Below are positions 38,749-48,276 of a stretch of 64,000 nt of DNA, one piece after another. The position numbers and the translations under genes are program-made. Source of the DNA: Trichormus sp. ATA11-4-KO1. Its GTDB lineage: Bacteria; Cyanobacteriota; Cyanobacteriia; Cyanobacteriales; Nostocaceae. The stretch's first letter is position 1, and each line of letters opens with the position of its first letter. The stretch covers positions 64,001 to 128,000 of the forward strand of contig JAHHIM010000036.1 in NCBI GenBank assembly GCA_019358915.1, in the 5' to 3' direction. Under the pieces are notes generated by a model, which saw nothing but the letters and a program-made list of their open reading frames with translations, had not been told where the DNA came from and did no database searches.

Positions 38749-39969
38749 TTAACGCACCAAAACTCGACTGCGGGGGCCAATTGCTTGTTTAGATGTTGTA
38801 GGTCTTGTACGGCAATTCACAGAATCGGATAAACAACTACCTGAATTAACGGTAGATGCTTCTAAGCCAACTGGATTGATGGCAAATGAATTACCACTAC
38901 TGAATTCTATGGTGGGTTCAATAGAGGGTGATGGAAATTTAGACCCATTTGTGTCAGTCAAAGTTGCCGATGAAGTAAATGTCGGAGGTATGGCTTCACT
39001 AGATACACTATGGATTGTTGTGGGAGCAGGCGCATCACTTAATGGTGCTGGGGGAGGTGCAGGTACTGGCGCGGGTGCAGGTGTTGGAGGAGGTGTAGGT
39101 ACTGAGGGAGGTGCAGGTACTGAGGGAGGTGCAGGTGCTGGCGCAGGTGTAGATGCTGGGGGAGGCGCAGGTACTGGCACAGGTGCTGGAGGAGGTGCAG
39201 GTACTGGCACAGGTGCTGGAGGAGGTGCAGGTACTGGCGTTGGTGCTGGCGTAGGACTTTGGGGAGTGATGGGTGTTGCCTCTGCGGGTACTTTAATTGT
39301 TAATCGTACCAAGGGAGAGTTGGTTATTTGCCAGGTTGTGACTGTTGGCCGACCTGGTAAGTCAGACTTAAAATCAAAGACAGTCGGACTATCACCACCA
39401 TTGCGATCGCTATATCTTGGCCCTTGTCCACTCACTTCAAAAGTACCCTGATACTGTTGTCCAGTATTGGGGTCAGTAACAATACCAGTATAAAAGCCTC
39501 TTGTGAGTCCAAATTCATCCTGAACTACACCTTGAAATTGAGTTCCTGGTATTTTTCCTTGGTAAGTAAATGGTGTCAATTCCCCAGCAGATAGGGCTGG
39601 CGAGTTGAGAATCCCATTTAAGGAAATCACCGGAATACCTTTAAAATCGACAAAGTGATGTAGACTCCCATCCGCGCGTGTTGCTACCCTCACATAGTCT
39701 GATTGGTAGACAGGAACGTAATTGGGATTATTTCTGGAACCTGTGTTGCGGTAGTAAGTACCACTGGAATCGGTATCAATGCGAGTAATTCGGTTATTAA
39801 AATTGGGATTAAAGCTAGGAAGTTGGAGAGTTCCTGACAATGTACCAGTGCTTTGAATTGTGATTTGAGCCGAAGCACTAGTTCCTCCTAAACCAAGGAT
39901 GCAGGCTGCTAAACTGCTACCACTAACAATCGCAAAACCCAACTTAGTAGCTGATGAACTTAATTGCAT
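38749..39969 (-). CDS. Secreted protein with beta-rich N-domain and Pro/Ala-rich linker
   Basis: Signal peptide ending ASA-Q; (PAPVPVPAPP)n repeats at ~39040-39260. Confidence 0.8.
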   Translation of the reverse strand: MQLSSSATKLGFAIVSGSSLAACILGLGGTSASAQITIQSTGTLSGTLQLPSFNPNFNNRITRIDTDSSGTYYRNTGSRNNPNYVPVYQSDYVRVATRADGSLHHFVDFKGIPVISLNGILNSPALSAGELTPFTYQGKIPGTQFQGVVQDEFGLTRGFYTGIVTDPNTGQQYQGTFEVSGQGPRYSDRNGGDSPTVFDFKSDLPGRPTVTTWQITNSPLVRLTIKVPAEATPITPQSPTPAPTPVPAPPPAPVPVPAPPPAPVPVPAPPPASTPAPAPAPPSVPAPPSVPTPPPTPAPAPVPAPPPAPLSDAPAPTTIHSVSSEAIPPTFTSSATLTDTNGSKFPSPSIEPTIEFSSGNSFAINPVGLEASTVNSGSCLSDSVNCRTRPTTSKQAIGPRSRVLVR

Positions 39970-40146
39970 GAAAAATTAACTCCTTATATTGATCAGGGGA
40001 GTGGGGACAAGGGGACAAGGGGAGTGGGAGAATAATTAACTAATGCCCAATGCCCAATGCCTCTTTTACTTTTGCTGTTCGCTAATAGTTGGGAATTACG
40101 TACTAGGGGTTTTACCCCTGGTGATTACATTTACATCAATACAAAA

Positions 40147-42039
40147 TTAAAACCGGAAGGTTGCTCTTAATGCTCCAACTACCAAGGGGTCATTGGCAGC
40201 GTTGTGATCAGGATTGAAAATGACAAATAAGCCTGGTGTCAGAGCAAGATTTTCATTAATTTGGGTGCGATAAAAAACTTCTACGTGGAGCGATGTATCG
40301 CTGCGTCCGCCTGGTGTTCCACCATCGGAAAAGTTAGGGAAATTTAATCCGTCGGGTAAGGTACTGGAGGTAATTTTGGGAGGTTGTCCGACGAGAATTC
40401 CTCCCAAATTGCCAGTGCGTAACAAATTAGGAAAAGCCGCAAATACCATCCAGTTTGTGGTTTCTACACTTCCTGAGAGGTCAACTGGTTTTGAGGAAGA
40501 AAAACCTCCCCAACCGCCCAACTGTAAGTTCGGGTTAACGCGCCATGCGACAGTTGCCCCCACAGCATGGGTGTTAAAAGCTGTAGTATCTACGAAAGGT
40601 GACATTAATTGAGCGTCACCAACACCGATTCCTAGCAAGTCATTAGGAGAGTGAGAGTACAGGTAATGTACCCCGGCATCTATATTATTCGTGGGTGCTA
40701 AAGTTAGTTGAGCGCCTGCTGTGTATCTACCACCAAATAGTCCAGCTTGATTGATATTGCCGGGAAAGGCAGGAATTTCAGCACTATAAACGCCTTGTAA
40801 ACTGATGCGATCGCTAATTTGCCAGTCAAAGCCTATACCACCGGTGCCGTTACCAATATTTAAAATCGGGTTACGCTGAGCAAATTGAGAAATTGCGCCA
40901 TCACCAGAACCTTCTAAAGGGTTAATACCACGAAAGGTGTTAATTGGGTTGACGCCAGCCGTACCGACAACGATTCCTAAGTTATCCGATACGGAAAATC
41001 TATAAGATAAGTCATTAAGAACTAAATTATTTTCTGTATTAGACTCGAAACTCAATCTCCCCATATTGGTAAATATTAACGGTGCTGTAGATGCCAAATT
41101 GCCCGCAGATAGACCTGTTAACAGTAAATCTTTTCCTGTAAACGAAGTTGCCAAAGTTAGTTGCACGCTATTTGCAAAAGTTAGATTTGCTTGACCCCGA
41201 CGTTCCGGGATTCCATCTCTGGGAAACAAATCTACATTGGTGCTGTTTGTTCCCTGAATGCTAAAAATTGCTTGACCGAATAATCTAGTAGTTGGAGAAA
41301 ATTGATTTGCTTGCAACTGGTCAGTCCGCTTTTCGAGTTTTTCCACACGCTGCTGTAATTGCTGTAACTCTTCCCGAAACTCGGTTTGCAATCGTTGCAA
41401 TAGAATTAAATCTTCATGATTAATCTGATTATTTTTATGATTAATAATTAATGCGGGAATTTTTTCTAGGCAAGTGTTTAAACCAGCTGCAAATTCATAA
41501 CGACTAATAGCATGATTACCTTGATATTTGCCAGATGGATATCCAGTAATGCAGCCATAACGCTCTACTAAAGACTGTAAAGCACCAAAAGCCCAGTCAG
41601 AAGGTTGTACATCATCCAGTTGAGACACCGATGTGACTGATGACATCTGCATCTGGTCGTCTGAGTCTGGAGAGGGTGAGGGCGATGGGGTGAATTCTGC
41701 TGTGCTTTCTAGTTCAGGTTTTTCGCTGATTACAAGCTGGGATTTCTGAGATTTAGATAAGATGGCAGCGCTTTGAGAATCAGCTTTATCTGTAATTCTC
41801 CTAAGTAAATTTTGATGCTCTTGGTTTGAGTCTGAGGAAATGTCCTGGAGACTACCATCCGAGGGCATGAATTCGGGTGATGTGATGTCAGCATCTGGGA
41901 ATATTTGAGCTAATTGTTCCTGGTTTGAATGCTGTATTGCTCTTTCTGACTCAATTACAGGCTGTTCTGGTAAGTTGTTGGGCAAAGATGTCTGCCCTGC
42001 TGTTAATACACCTACCATCAGTAGACTTATATCACTCAT
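40147..42039 (-). CDS. Cyanobacterial SLH-OprB porin (iron uptake porin family)
   Basis: SVSQLDDVQPSDWAFGALQSLVERYGC, SRYEFAAGLN, coiled coil, QFSPTT, C-terminal RATFRF. Confidence 0.93.
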   Translation of the reverse strand: MSDISLLMVGVLTAGQTSLPNNLPEQPVIESERAIQHSNQEQLAQIFPDADITSPEFMPSDGSLQDISSDSNQEHQNLLRRITDKADSQSAAILSKSQKSQLVISEKPELESTAEFTPSPSPSPDSDDQMQMSSVTSVSQLDDVQPSDWAFGALQSLVERYGCITGYPSGKYQGNHAISRYEFAAGLNTCLEKIPALIINHKNNQINHEDLILLQRLQTEFREELQQLQQRVEKLEKRTDQLQANQFSPTTRLFGQAIFSIQGTNSTNVDLFPRDGIPERRGQANLTFANSVQLTLATSFTGKDLLLTGLSAGNLASTAPLIFTNMGRLSFESNTENNLVLNDLSYRFSVSDNLGIVVGTAGVNPINTFRGINPLEGSGDGAISQFAQRNPILNIGNGTGGIGFDWQISDRISLQGVYSAEIPAFPGNINQAGLFGGRYTAGAQLTLAPTNNIDAGVHYLYSHSPNDLLGIGVGDAQLMSPFVDTTAFNTHAVGATVAWRVNPNLQLGGWGGFSSSKPVDLSGSVETTNWMVFAAFPNLLRTGNLGGILVGQPPKITSSTLPDGLNFPNFSDGGTPGGRSDTSLHVEVFYRTQINENLALTPGLFVIFNPDHNAANDPLVVGALRATFRF

Positions 42040-42131
42040 TGTATCCCAGTTGACTGAACACCAATATTTACTTTGACAAAGCAAGTTGGTGTTCCTCAGG
42101 AATATTCCTGAAAATCAAGTAATAAAAATTA

Positions 42132-43277
42132 CTAATATTTAAACCGATGAGTCAATAAGTTAGCAATTTGCTGATTAATAGCTGTGACATCAAAACGCTG
42201 ACTAGCGATCGCCCTAGCATTACTGGCTATAGTTGCAGTAATTTCTGTTTGCTGAAGACAGGTGTTAATTACCTGTGCCAGTTCCTGGGATGCGCCTGGT
42301 GTCACTAGAAAACCATTAATCTCGTTTTCCACTAATTCCATTGCACCTCCAGCTTTGGCTGCAACCACAGGCCTACCGCATAACATAGCCTCAACAATCA
42401 CTCTGCCAAAGGGTTCTGGGGAAGTTGAGGTATGTGCTACCAAGTCACAAGCTGCCATTAGCTGAGGAATATCTGTCCGAAATCCTAAAAATTTGACGCG
42501 GTTTTCTAGTCCCATTGCTGCAACTTGTTGATGTAATTGTTGGACATAATCTTGTTCGCCAAATAAGGCATCACCAACTAAAATTGCTGTTACTTCTGGC
42601 GGACATTGGGCTAAGGCAGCAATTAAAATATGTTGACCTTTCCAAGGTGCCAAACGACTGAAGTGTCCAACGACAAATTTTCCTTGCAGTCCTAATTGTT
42701 GCTGTAAGTGGCTAATATCAGATTCAGCAGTTTGATAATTTTTTACCTCAAAGCCGTTATAGACAATTTCAGTGAGTTCCGCCCGTCCTCCTGCTTGCAC
42801 AAAAGCTGTTTGACTAGCTTGAGAATTAGCAATTACTAATGATGCCAAACGATTCGCCAAAGTCACAGCAATCCGCAGGTTAGTTTGACTAAAGTGTTCT
42901 CGGGAAAGAATATCGTGTAAATGATAAACCAAAGGACGACGAGCGAAAAAACTGGCTAATGCGCCAATGACAAATGCTTTTTGTGTGTTGGCGTAGATTA
43001 CATCATATTCTTTAGCTGTTTGTACTACCTTGGCTAGTAGGGGTGCAAGTTGTCCTAAACTTGCCAATGCTTGCACCAAATTACTTTGTTTACGAACTGC
43101 GATCGCCTCAGTTGTGAAAACTTCTACCGGGATATGATGCTGTTGTAGTAATGTTTTGAAAGAGCCGTCTGCAAATAAACCTACCAAAGCGCGATCGCGA
43201 TACGGTTTAGCAATATCTATTAAACACAGTTCTGCACCACCTGGTTTACCACTTTGGTCTAAGAATAGTATTTTCAT
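42132..43277 (-). CDS. GT4 glycosyltransferase
   Basis: DQSGKPGGAE, SRLAPWKG, EPFGRVIVE. Confidence 0.93.
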   Translation of the reverse strand: MKILFLDQSGKPGGAELCLIDIAKPYRDRALVGLFADGSFKTLLQQHHIPVEVFTTEAIAVRKQSNLVQALASLGQLAPLLAKVVQTAKEYDVIYANTQKAFVIGALASFFARRPLVYHLHDILSREHFSQTNLRIAVTLANRLASLVIANSQASQTAFVQAGGRAELTEIVYNGFEVKNYQTAESDISHLQQQLGLQGKFVVGHFSRLAPWKGQHILIAALAQCPPEVTAILVGDALFGEQDYVQQLHQQVAAMGLENRVKFLGFRTDIPQLMAACDLVAHTSTSPEPFGRVIVEAMLCGRPVVAAKAGGAMELVENEINGFLVTPGASQELAQVINTCLQQTEITATIASNARAIASQRFDVTAINQQIANLLTHRFKY

Positions 43278-43300
43278 ATAATCTCCGGGAATATCCAGAT

Positions 43301-44467
43301 TTAAGCTAAGAGAATTTGCCGTACTTGTTGGGCTACTTGCTGCCAGTCAAAGTTAGTCACTGCGTAATGGCGACAGTCTTGTCGTGCAGGGATTGATAAT
43401 TTGCCCAAAAGGATCTGTGCTAATTTTTCGGCAATAGCGGAAGCTTCAGTAGAAGTAGTAATTAAATCTGGCGAAAATGATGATAAAATTTCTGGCATTC
43501 CCCCAACAGGGGTACATAAAACTGGCGTACCACAAGCTAAAGATTCAACAATTGCTAATCCAAATCCTTCAAAAGATTGACTGGGCATCACAGTTAATTC
43601 AGCAGCTTGGTAAGCTATAGGTAATTGTGCCTCAGGTAGAAATCCTAAAAATTTAACGTTATCTTCTAATCCCAATTCTTGAGCCTGTTGCTGTAGTGTA
43701 GCTTGCAGATGACCCCGACCTGCGATCGCTAGCCAAACATCGGGTACTTGTGGCTTAATTATTGCTAGTGCTTGTAATAATTTATCAATACCAACTCGAT
43801 GCACTAAACGGCGGGATGTAAATAAAATCCGGCGATTATCAGGCCAGTTTAGCTGCTTACAAGCTTCTTGGGGTGATAAGTTTGGTTGAAACCAATGAAT
43901 ATTCACTCCACCAGGAATAATATGAATTTTGCTCCAAGGTACTTGATATTGTTGATGTAATATATTACCGAATGCTTTGCTAAGAACAATAAAGCGATCG
44001 CAACGATTATAAGTATTTTGTTCTATCCAGCGCTTCAGCCAAATACTGAGTTTACTATTTACCGTCTCTTGTTGACTTTCAGATGCCCAAGGGCCATGAA
44101 AGTTAAAAGTTATAGGTACTCCCTGAGGTAAAAGATCCAAAATAGGAAAGCTGTATAAGGCAAAATGCAGATTAATCGCATCTGGCTGGCCGAGTCGTGT
44201 TTTCTTGAAGTTATGACGAATAGATCCTAGTCGCTGCCAAATTATACTATCTGGATTAGCCAAATTAGTTAGCTTAATTGGCGAATTTAATTCAGTTTCT
44301 GGTAGACCAACTCCACATAGTTCTACCTGGTCTTGATTGGCTGCTAATCTATGAGTTAATTCATAAATATACCTTTCTAGTCCTCCGGGAGTTTTAGGAA
44401 ACCAGCCTATTCCCAGAGTGAGAATAGATGCAGATGTTGAATTTAAATTTTCTTTTTTACCTTCCAC
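43301..44467 (-). CDS. GT4 glycosyltransferase
   Basis: GWFPKTPGGLERY, FHGPW, RRLVHRVG, EGFGLAIVE; GTG start. Confidence 0.93.
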   Translation of the reverse strand: MEGKKENLNSTSASILTLGIGWFPKTPGGLERYIYELTHRLAANQDQVELCGVGLPETELNSPIKLTNLANPDSIIWQRLGSIRHNFKKTRLGQPDAINLHFALYSFPILDLLPQGVPITFNFHGPWASESQQETVNSKLSIWLKRWIEQNTYNRCDRFIVLSKAFGNILHQQYQVPWSKIHIIPGGVNIHWFQPNLSPQEACKQLNWPDNRRILFTSRRLVHRVGIDKLLQALAIIKPQVPDVWLAIAGRGHLQATLQQQAQELGLEDNVKFLGFLPEAQLPIAYQAAELTVMPSQSFEGFGLAIVESLACGTPVLCTPVGGMPEILSSFSPDLITTSTEASAIAEKLAQILLGKLSIPARQDCRHYAVTNFDWQQVAQQVRQILLA

Positions 44468-44916
44468 CTACTTAGCTCCTATGATGTATTGAGCGTAGAT
44501 ATGTTTACTTCCATACCAAGCTCAACTGCTTCTTTTTGAATTGAGCAGTAACTTAATTGATGCTATTAGTACTTATATCCAGCCATTATCTACATCATCA
44601 GTACCTTTCACGTCATACTCTGTAGAGATTTCGCTCAAAAGCATCAATACATTTTTTAAATAAAACACTAATTTATAATCTATTTATTTTGCTCTGTCAA
44701 TAAGTATAATTTTATTGCTTAGAGAGGATTTGCTATAAGAGATACAACCTTTTTGTTGCAGATAAACATACTTATTACTCTCATAATCTTGCTAAGTATT
44801 TAACTTGTAAATAAAAATGCTTATAAATAATATAGTGGTCTGAACTCAATTGTGAAAATTATAATCAGGTTACTCTTTTATTTCAAAAGTAAATATTAAT
44901 ACATTAGATAAATATA

Positions 44917-45043
44917 AGTAGGTAGGCACAAATAAAATCAACTATGTAAAGAAAAATGAATCAGCTTAAAACCCTCTTCCCTTCTGCCTCCTGCCTTCTG
45001 CCTTCTGCCTTATCCTAGCGATAAATTTTCCCACCCACCTACT
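44917..45043. mobile_element. TA-flanked MITE (AGTAGG/CCTACT ends) carrying a (CTGCCTT)n tract
   Basis: TA-agtaggtagg...cccacctact-TA; shares aactatgtRaag near the left end with the 16214 element. Confidence 0.7.
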
Positions 45044-45491
45044 TAAACTTAAAAGTTTGTGTAGTTTTGATGAATTTTTGGTAAATATGACAATTTCAAT
45101 CTCAACTATTTGTTATTTATGTATAGATGATGCTAAAAGAAAGATTAGTAAATAGAAACTTTGACACTGGGTGCTGAAAAGATGATAGTCCTAAACAAGC
45201 AAGAGTCTATAGTTTCAAGGGGAGCATTCCAGGATTATTAATTACTATTTAGCTAATACAGATTTACAAGTACAGTAAAAAATCGGTATTGCTAATTTGC
45301 AAGTATTAATTTAACTCAAATTAAGGCGAAGTAGCGCCTTGCTTGAGTTATCAAAGCTGTAGCGACTGTTATTGCCAAAATTGAAAAAATCGTTTTTTAG
45401 CCTCAGAGACAGCATGGCAAAAAGTATGCTGTAAATAATTCTTCTAAAAAGTAAGTTTTGGTACTTATTTTGATTTTCCCCCAGTTACTGA

Positions 45492-47738
45492 ATGCCATTG
45501 ATAATAATGGTTAAAAATAATATGCGAAATGGACTAATGCCGCAGTTGGGTAAAATTTCTCAAAAGCTTCATCAATATATCAATAAGCTATTTAATTCAC
45601 GAAACTTTCGCAAGTTAAAATTTATCAATTTGCTATTGGTTATAGGTATCGGATTAATTTTTACCTCCATCAGCATGATAACAGATTGGGCTACAAGTAA
45701 AACACCTACAACTGCATACCAAACATCTTGGATTGGTAATACTTTTCGTGGAGGAGATAAGTGGGTACAAAATAATATTGAAGCAATGTATGTTGCTCCC
45801 AATGGCATAGTTTATACCAATAGTATTTGGGATGAATCAGGAAGAGAAGCAGGCATATATAAAGATGGCGATGTGATTGGTAAGCTGAGTGATACTCACG
45901 GCTGGAGTCGTGGCGGTGGTCAAGCTGTAACAGCAAATAGTAAATATGTTTACATTGCCATGCGCCAAGGATCAGTTAACAGGAAAGATCAAGATTATCC
46001 GCCGGATGGCACAACTTGGTATTGTGTCAGACGCTATAATTTGTCTGGCAAACCTGCACCCTTTGCTGAAGGGCGTGGTTGGGATAAAAGTATGTTAATT
46101 ATCAGTGATAAAAGTAAAGTTACTGGATTAGCTACTGCTGGAAAAGAGTTATATGTCAGCGATGCTGCTGCTAACCGGGTGCGTGTCTATAATACCGACA
46201 CAATGAAGGAACTACGTAGCTTTAGTGTTGCTAGACCAGGGGTAATAACTGTTGATAAACAAGGCAATTTGTGGATTATTCAAGGCAAAAACAGTGATAC
46301 TCCTGCCAAGATTCGGCATTATTCTCAAGAAGGAAAGCAATTACCCCCAGAGATTACCGATGTTGTCGAACCAAGTGCGATCGCAGTTGATCGTCAAGGT
46401 AGATTGTTAGTAGCAGAAAATGGCCCCCGTCAACAAGTGCTGATTTACAAAATTGAGGATCAGCCAGTACAGGTTGGTACTCTTGGCAGCAAAGGTGGTG
46501 TATACAGTGGTGTTCCTGGTGAAGTTAAAGATTTGAAACTTTACGGTCTTACCGGAGTGGGTACAGACAGCGCAGGCAATATCTATGTAAATAGTAATGG
46601 TTTCAATTGGTCAGGCACAGATTTACGCAAGTTTTCACCATCAGGAAAGCTGTTATGGCAATTACTGGGTTTAATGTTTGTCGATAACGCTGATGCTGAC
46701 TCCAAGACTGATGGAGTAGATGTATTTACTAAGCAAGAACAATTCTTAATGGACTATGGTAAGTCTGCTGGTAAGCAATGGACTTACAAAGCCTACACAT
46801 TAAATCCTTTCAAATATCCGCAAGATCCACGCTTGCACACATCGCCAGATGCTACCTGGGTGCGCCGAATCAAAGGTAAACCATTTGTATTCCTCACCGA
46901 TATGTATGAAAGCTTTCTGCAAATTTATCGCTTCAATCCAGACAAGGATGGCAAAATTGCGATTCCGGCGGGAATGTTTGTTGGTACTCATGGCGGCGGT
47001 GGTAAATCAATGCGGGGAAATTGGCCGCCGGATCAACCGGAAACAGGAGAATGGATCTGGCGCGATCGCAACGGTAACGGTAAATTTGAAAAAAATGAAT
47101 ATGATACCAGTAAAGATTATCCTTACATCGGGGGATGGTGGGTAGACAGTAAAGGCGATGTCTGGAAAACCTTGCGAACTGAAGACGGCATCCGGCATTA
47201 TCCTTTGCAGGGACTAGATGATCATGGCAATCCCATCTACACCTATCGTTCCATGCAAAAGCAAAAAACACCGAGCATATTTACAGATTTGCGGCGGATT
47301 GAGTATTTACCAGAAACAGATACGATGTATTTGTCAGGCTTCACTGTAGATCATCCTGCCACTGGTGATGATACTAAAGTTGTAGGCTCAGAGATTGTGC
47401 GTTTTGACAATTGGAGTCAGGGAAATAGCACCCCTCGTTGGCGGATAGTAGTTCCTTACGACACCACAGGTAAACGCGAAGTTGCCACCGCCGCTATGAG
47501 TGTGGCGGGAGACTATGTTTTTGCTGTGACAGTGAAGACGGCAGAAGTGTACGTTTATCATGCCAAAACAGGAGCTACTGTACAAAAGTTAAAACCCGGC
47601 CCAGAAGTTGCAGGCGAAAGTGGCTGGATTGATATACCCTATGGTATTCGGGCTTTTCGCCGTGCCAATGGTGAGTATTTAGTGTTTGTGGAAGAAGATG
47701 CAAAAGGCAAGGTGATTGTGTATCGGCTGAAAAAATAA
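45492..47738 (+). CDS. Exported NHL/beta-propeller protein
   Basis: N-terminal TM/signal, TSWIGNTF, repeats of the ITVDKQGNLWI/IAVDRQGRLLVA/VGTDSAGNIYV type, DRNGNG; start uncertain. Confidence 0.85.
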   Translation: MPLIIMVKNNMRNGLMPQLGKISQKLHQYINKLFNSRNFRKLKFINLLLVIGIGLIFTSISMITDWATSKTPTTAYQTSWIGNTFRGGDKWVQNNIEAMYVAPNGIVYTNSIWDESGREAGIYKDGDVIGKLSDTHGWSRGGGQAVTANSKYVYIAMRQGSVNRKDQDYPPDGTTWYCVRRYNLSGKPAPFAEGRGWDKSMLIISDKSKVTGLATAGKELYVSDAAANRVRVYNTDTMKELRSFSVARPGVITVDKQGNLWIIQGKNSDTPAKIRHYSQEGKQLPPEITDVVEPSAIAVDRQGRLLVAENGPRQQVLIYKIEDQPVQVGTLGSKGGVYSGVPGEVKDLKLYGLTGVGTDSAGNIYVNSNGFNWSGTDLRKFSPSGKLLWQLLGLMFVDNADADSKTDGVDVFTKQEQFLMDYGKSAGKQWTYKAYTLNPFKYPQDPRLHTSPDATWVRRIKGKPFVFLTDMYESFLQIYRFNPDKDGKIAIPAGMFVGTHGGGGKSMRGNWPPDQPETGEWIWRDRNGNGKFEKNEYDTSKDYPYIGGWWVDSKGDVWKTLRTEDGIRHYPLQGLDDHGNPIYTYRSMQKQKTPSIFTDLRRIEYLPETDTMYLSGFTVDHPATGDDTKVVGSEIVRFDNWSQGNSTPRWRIVVPYDTTGKREVATAAMSVAGDYVFAVTVKTAEVYVYHAKTGATVQKLKPGPEVAGESGWIDIPYGIRAFRRANGEYLVFVEEDAKGKVIVYRLKK

Positions 47739-47793
47739 AACTCAAGATCGCCCTTTGGGTTGCTCCTCTGGAGCATCGCCTGTACAAGAGTAT

Positions 47794-47985
47794 CAGGCTG
47801 TACGCAATTGAATCAAGCCCGACACTAGGGGTTTCTACCTACCTTGGGATACAAGGACTGTTTCGCCCACAATTTCACTCGGTTTTAAACCTTCACTTCC
47901 CCAATGACTGCGAATAGAATTACCAAACTGTTCAGCATTATCTTCAAGGCTACTAATAAAATAACGAGTTTCAACTGTCAGTAGA
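47794..47985 (-). pseudogene. ISAs1-family transposase remnant
   Basis: TVETRYFISSL...IRSHWG matches the ISAs1 YxISSL...RxHWxIEN region; heavily truncated. Confidence 0.65.
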
Positions 47986-48003
47986 CCGAAAAGTTTTGCG
48001 ATC

Positions 48004-48128
48004 GCGCGCAGCGATGCCCGTAAGGGCTGTAGAACGCCTTCTCTACGAGACACTACGTGTAGCTTGCTTCCCGAAGGGTACGCGAAGCGTCTCGTAGAGA
48101 AGAATTCGTTGAGTGTGCGTAAGTCCTA
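48004..48128. mobile_element. Right half of the GGACTTACGCA MITE
   Basis: Near-identical to ~30740-30847 with an extra internal insert; begins at a HIP1 site. Confidence 0.75.
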
Positions 48129-48276
48129 TAAATATTTAATAAAAATCCAGTCGCCAGGAAGCGTTGGAACACCAACTGTATCCTAGTCATCATCAACGTG
48201 TTCATCCTCGCGTATCCAAATATTCGCCGTCGCTAGTTTGAAAGAGATAGTAATCAAATGCTCATTAGCTTACCAA

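Noticed and set aside
38876..39451. Gly/Ala-rich 191 aa plus-strand ORF
   Set aside because: Antisense shadow of the Pro-rich repeat gene
47835..48053. 72 aa ORF as an intact gene
   Set aside because: Fusion of MITE sequence with an ISAs1 transposase scrap
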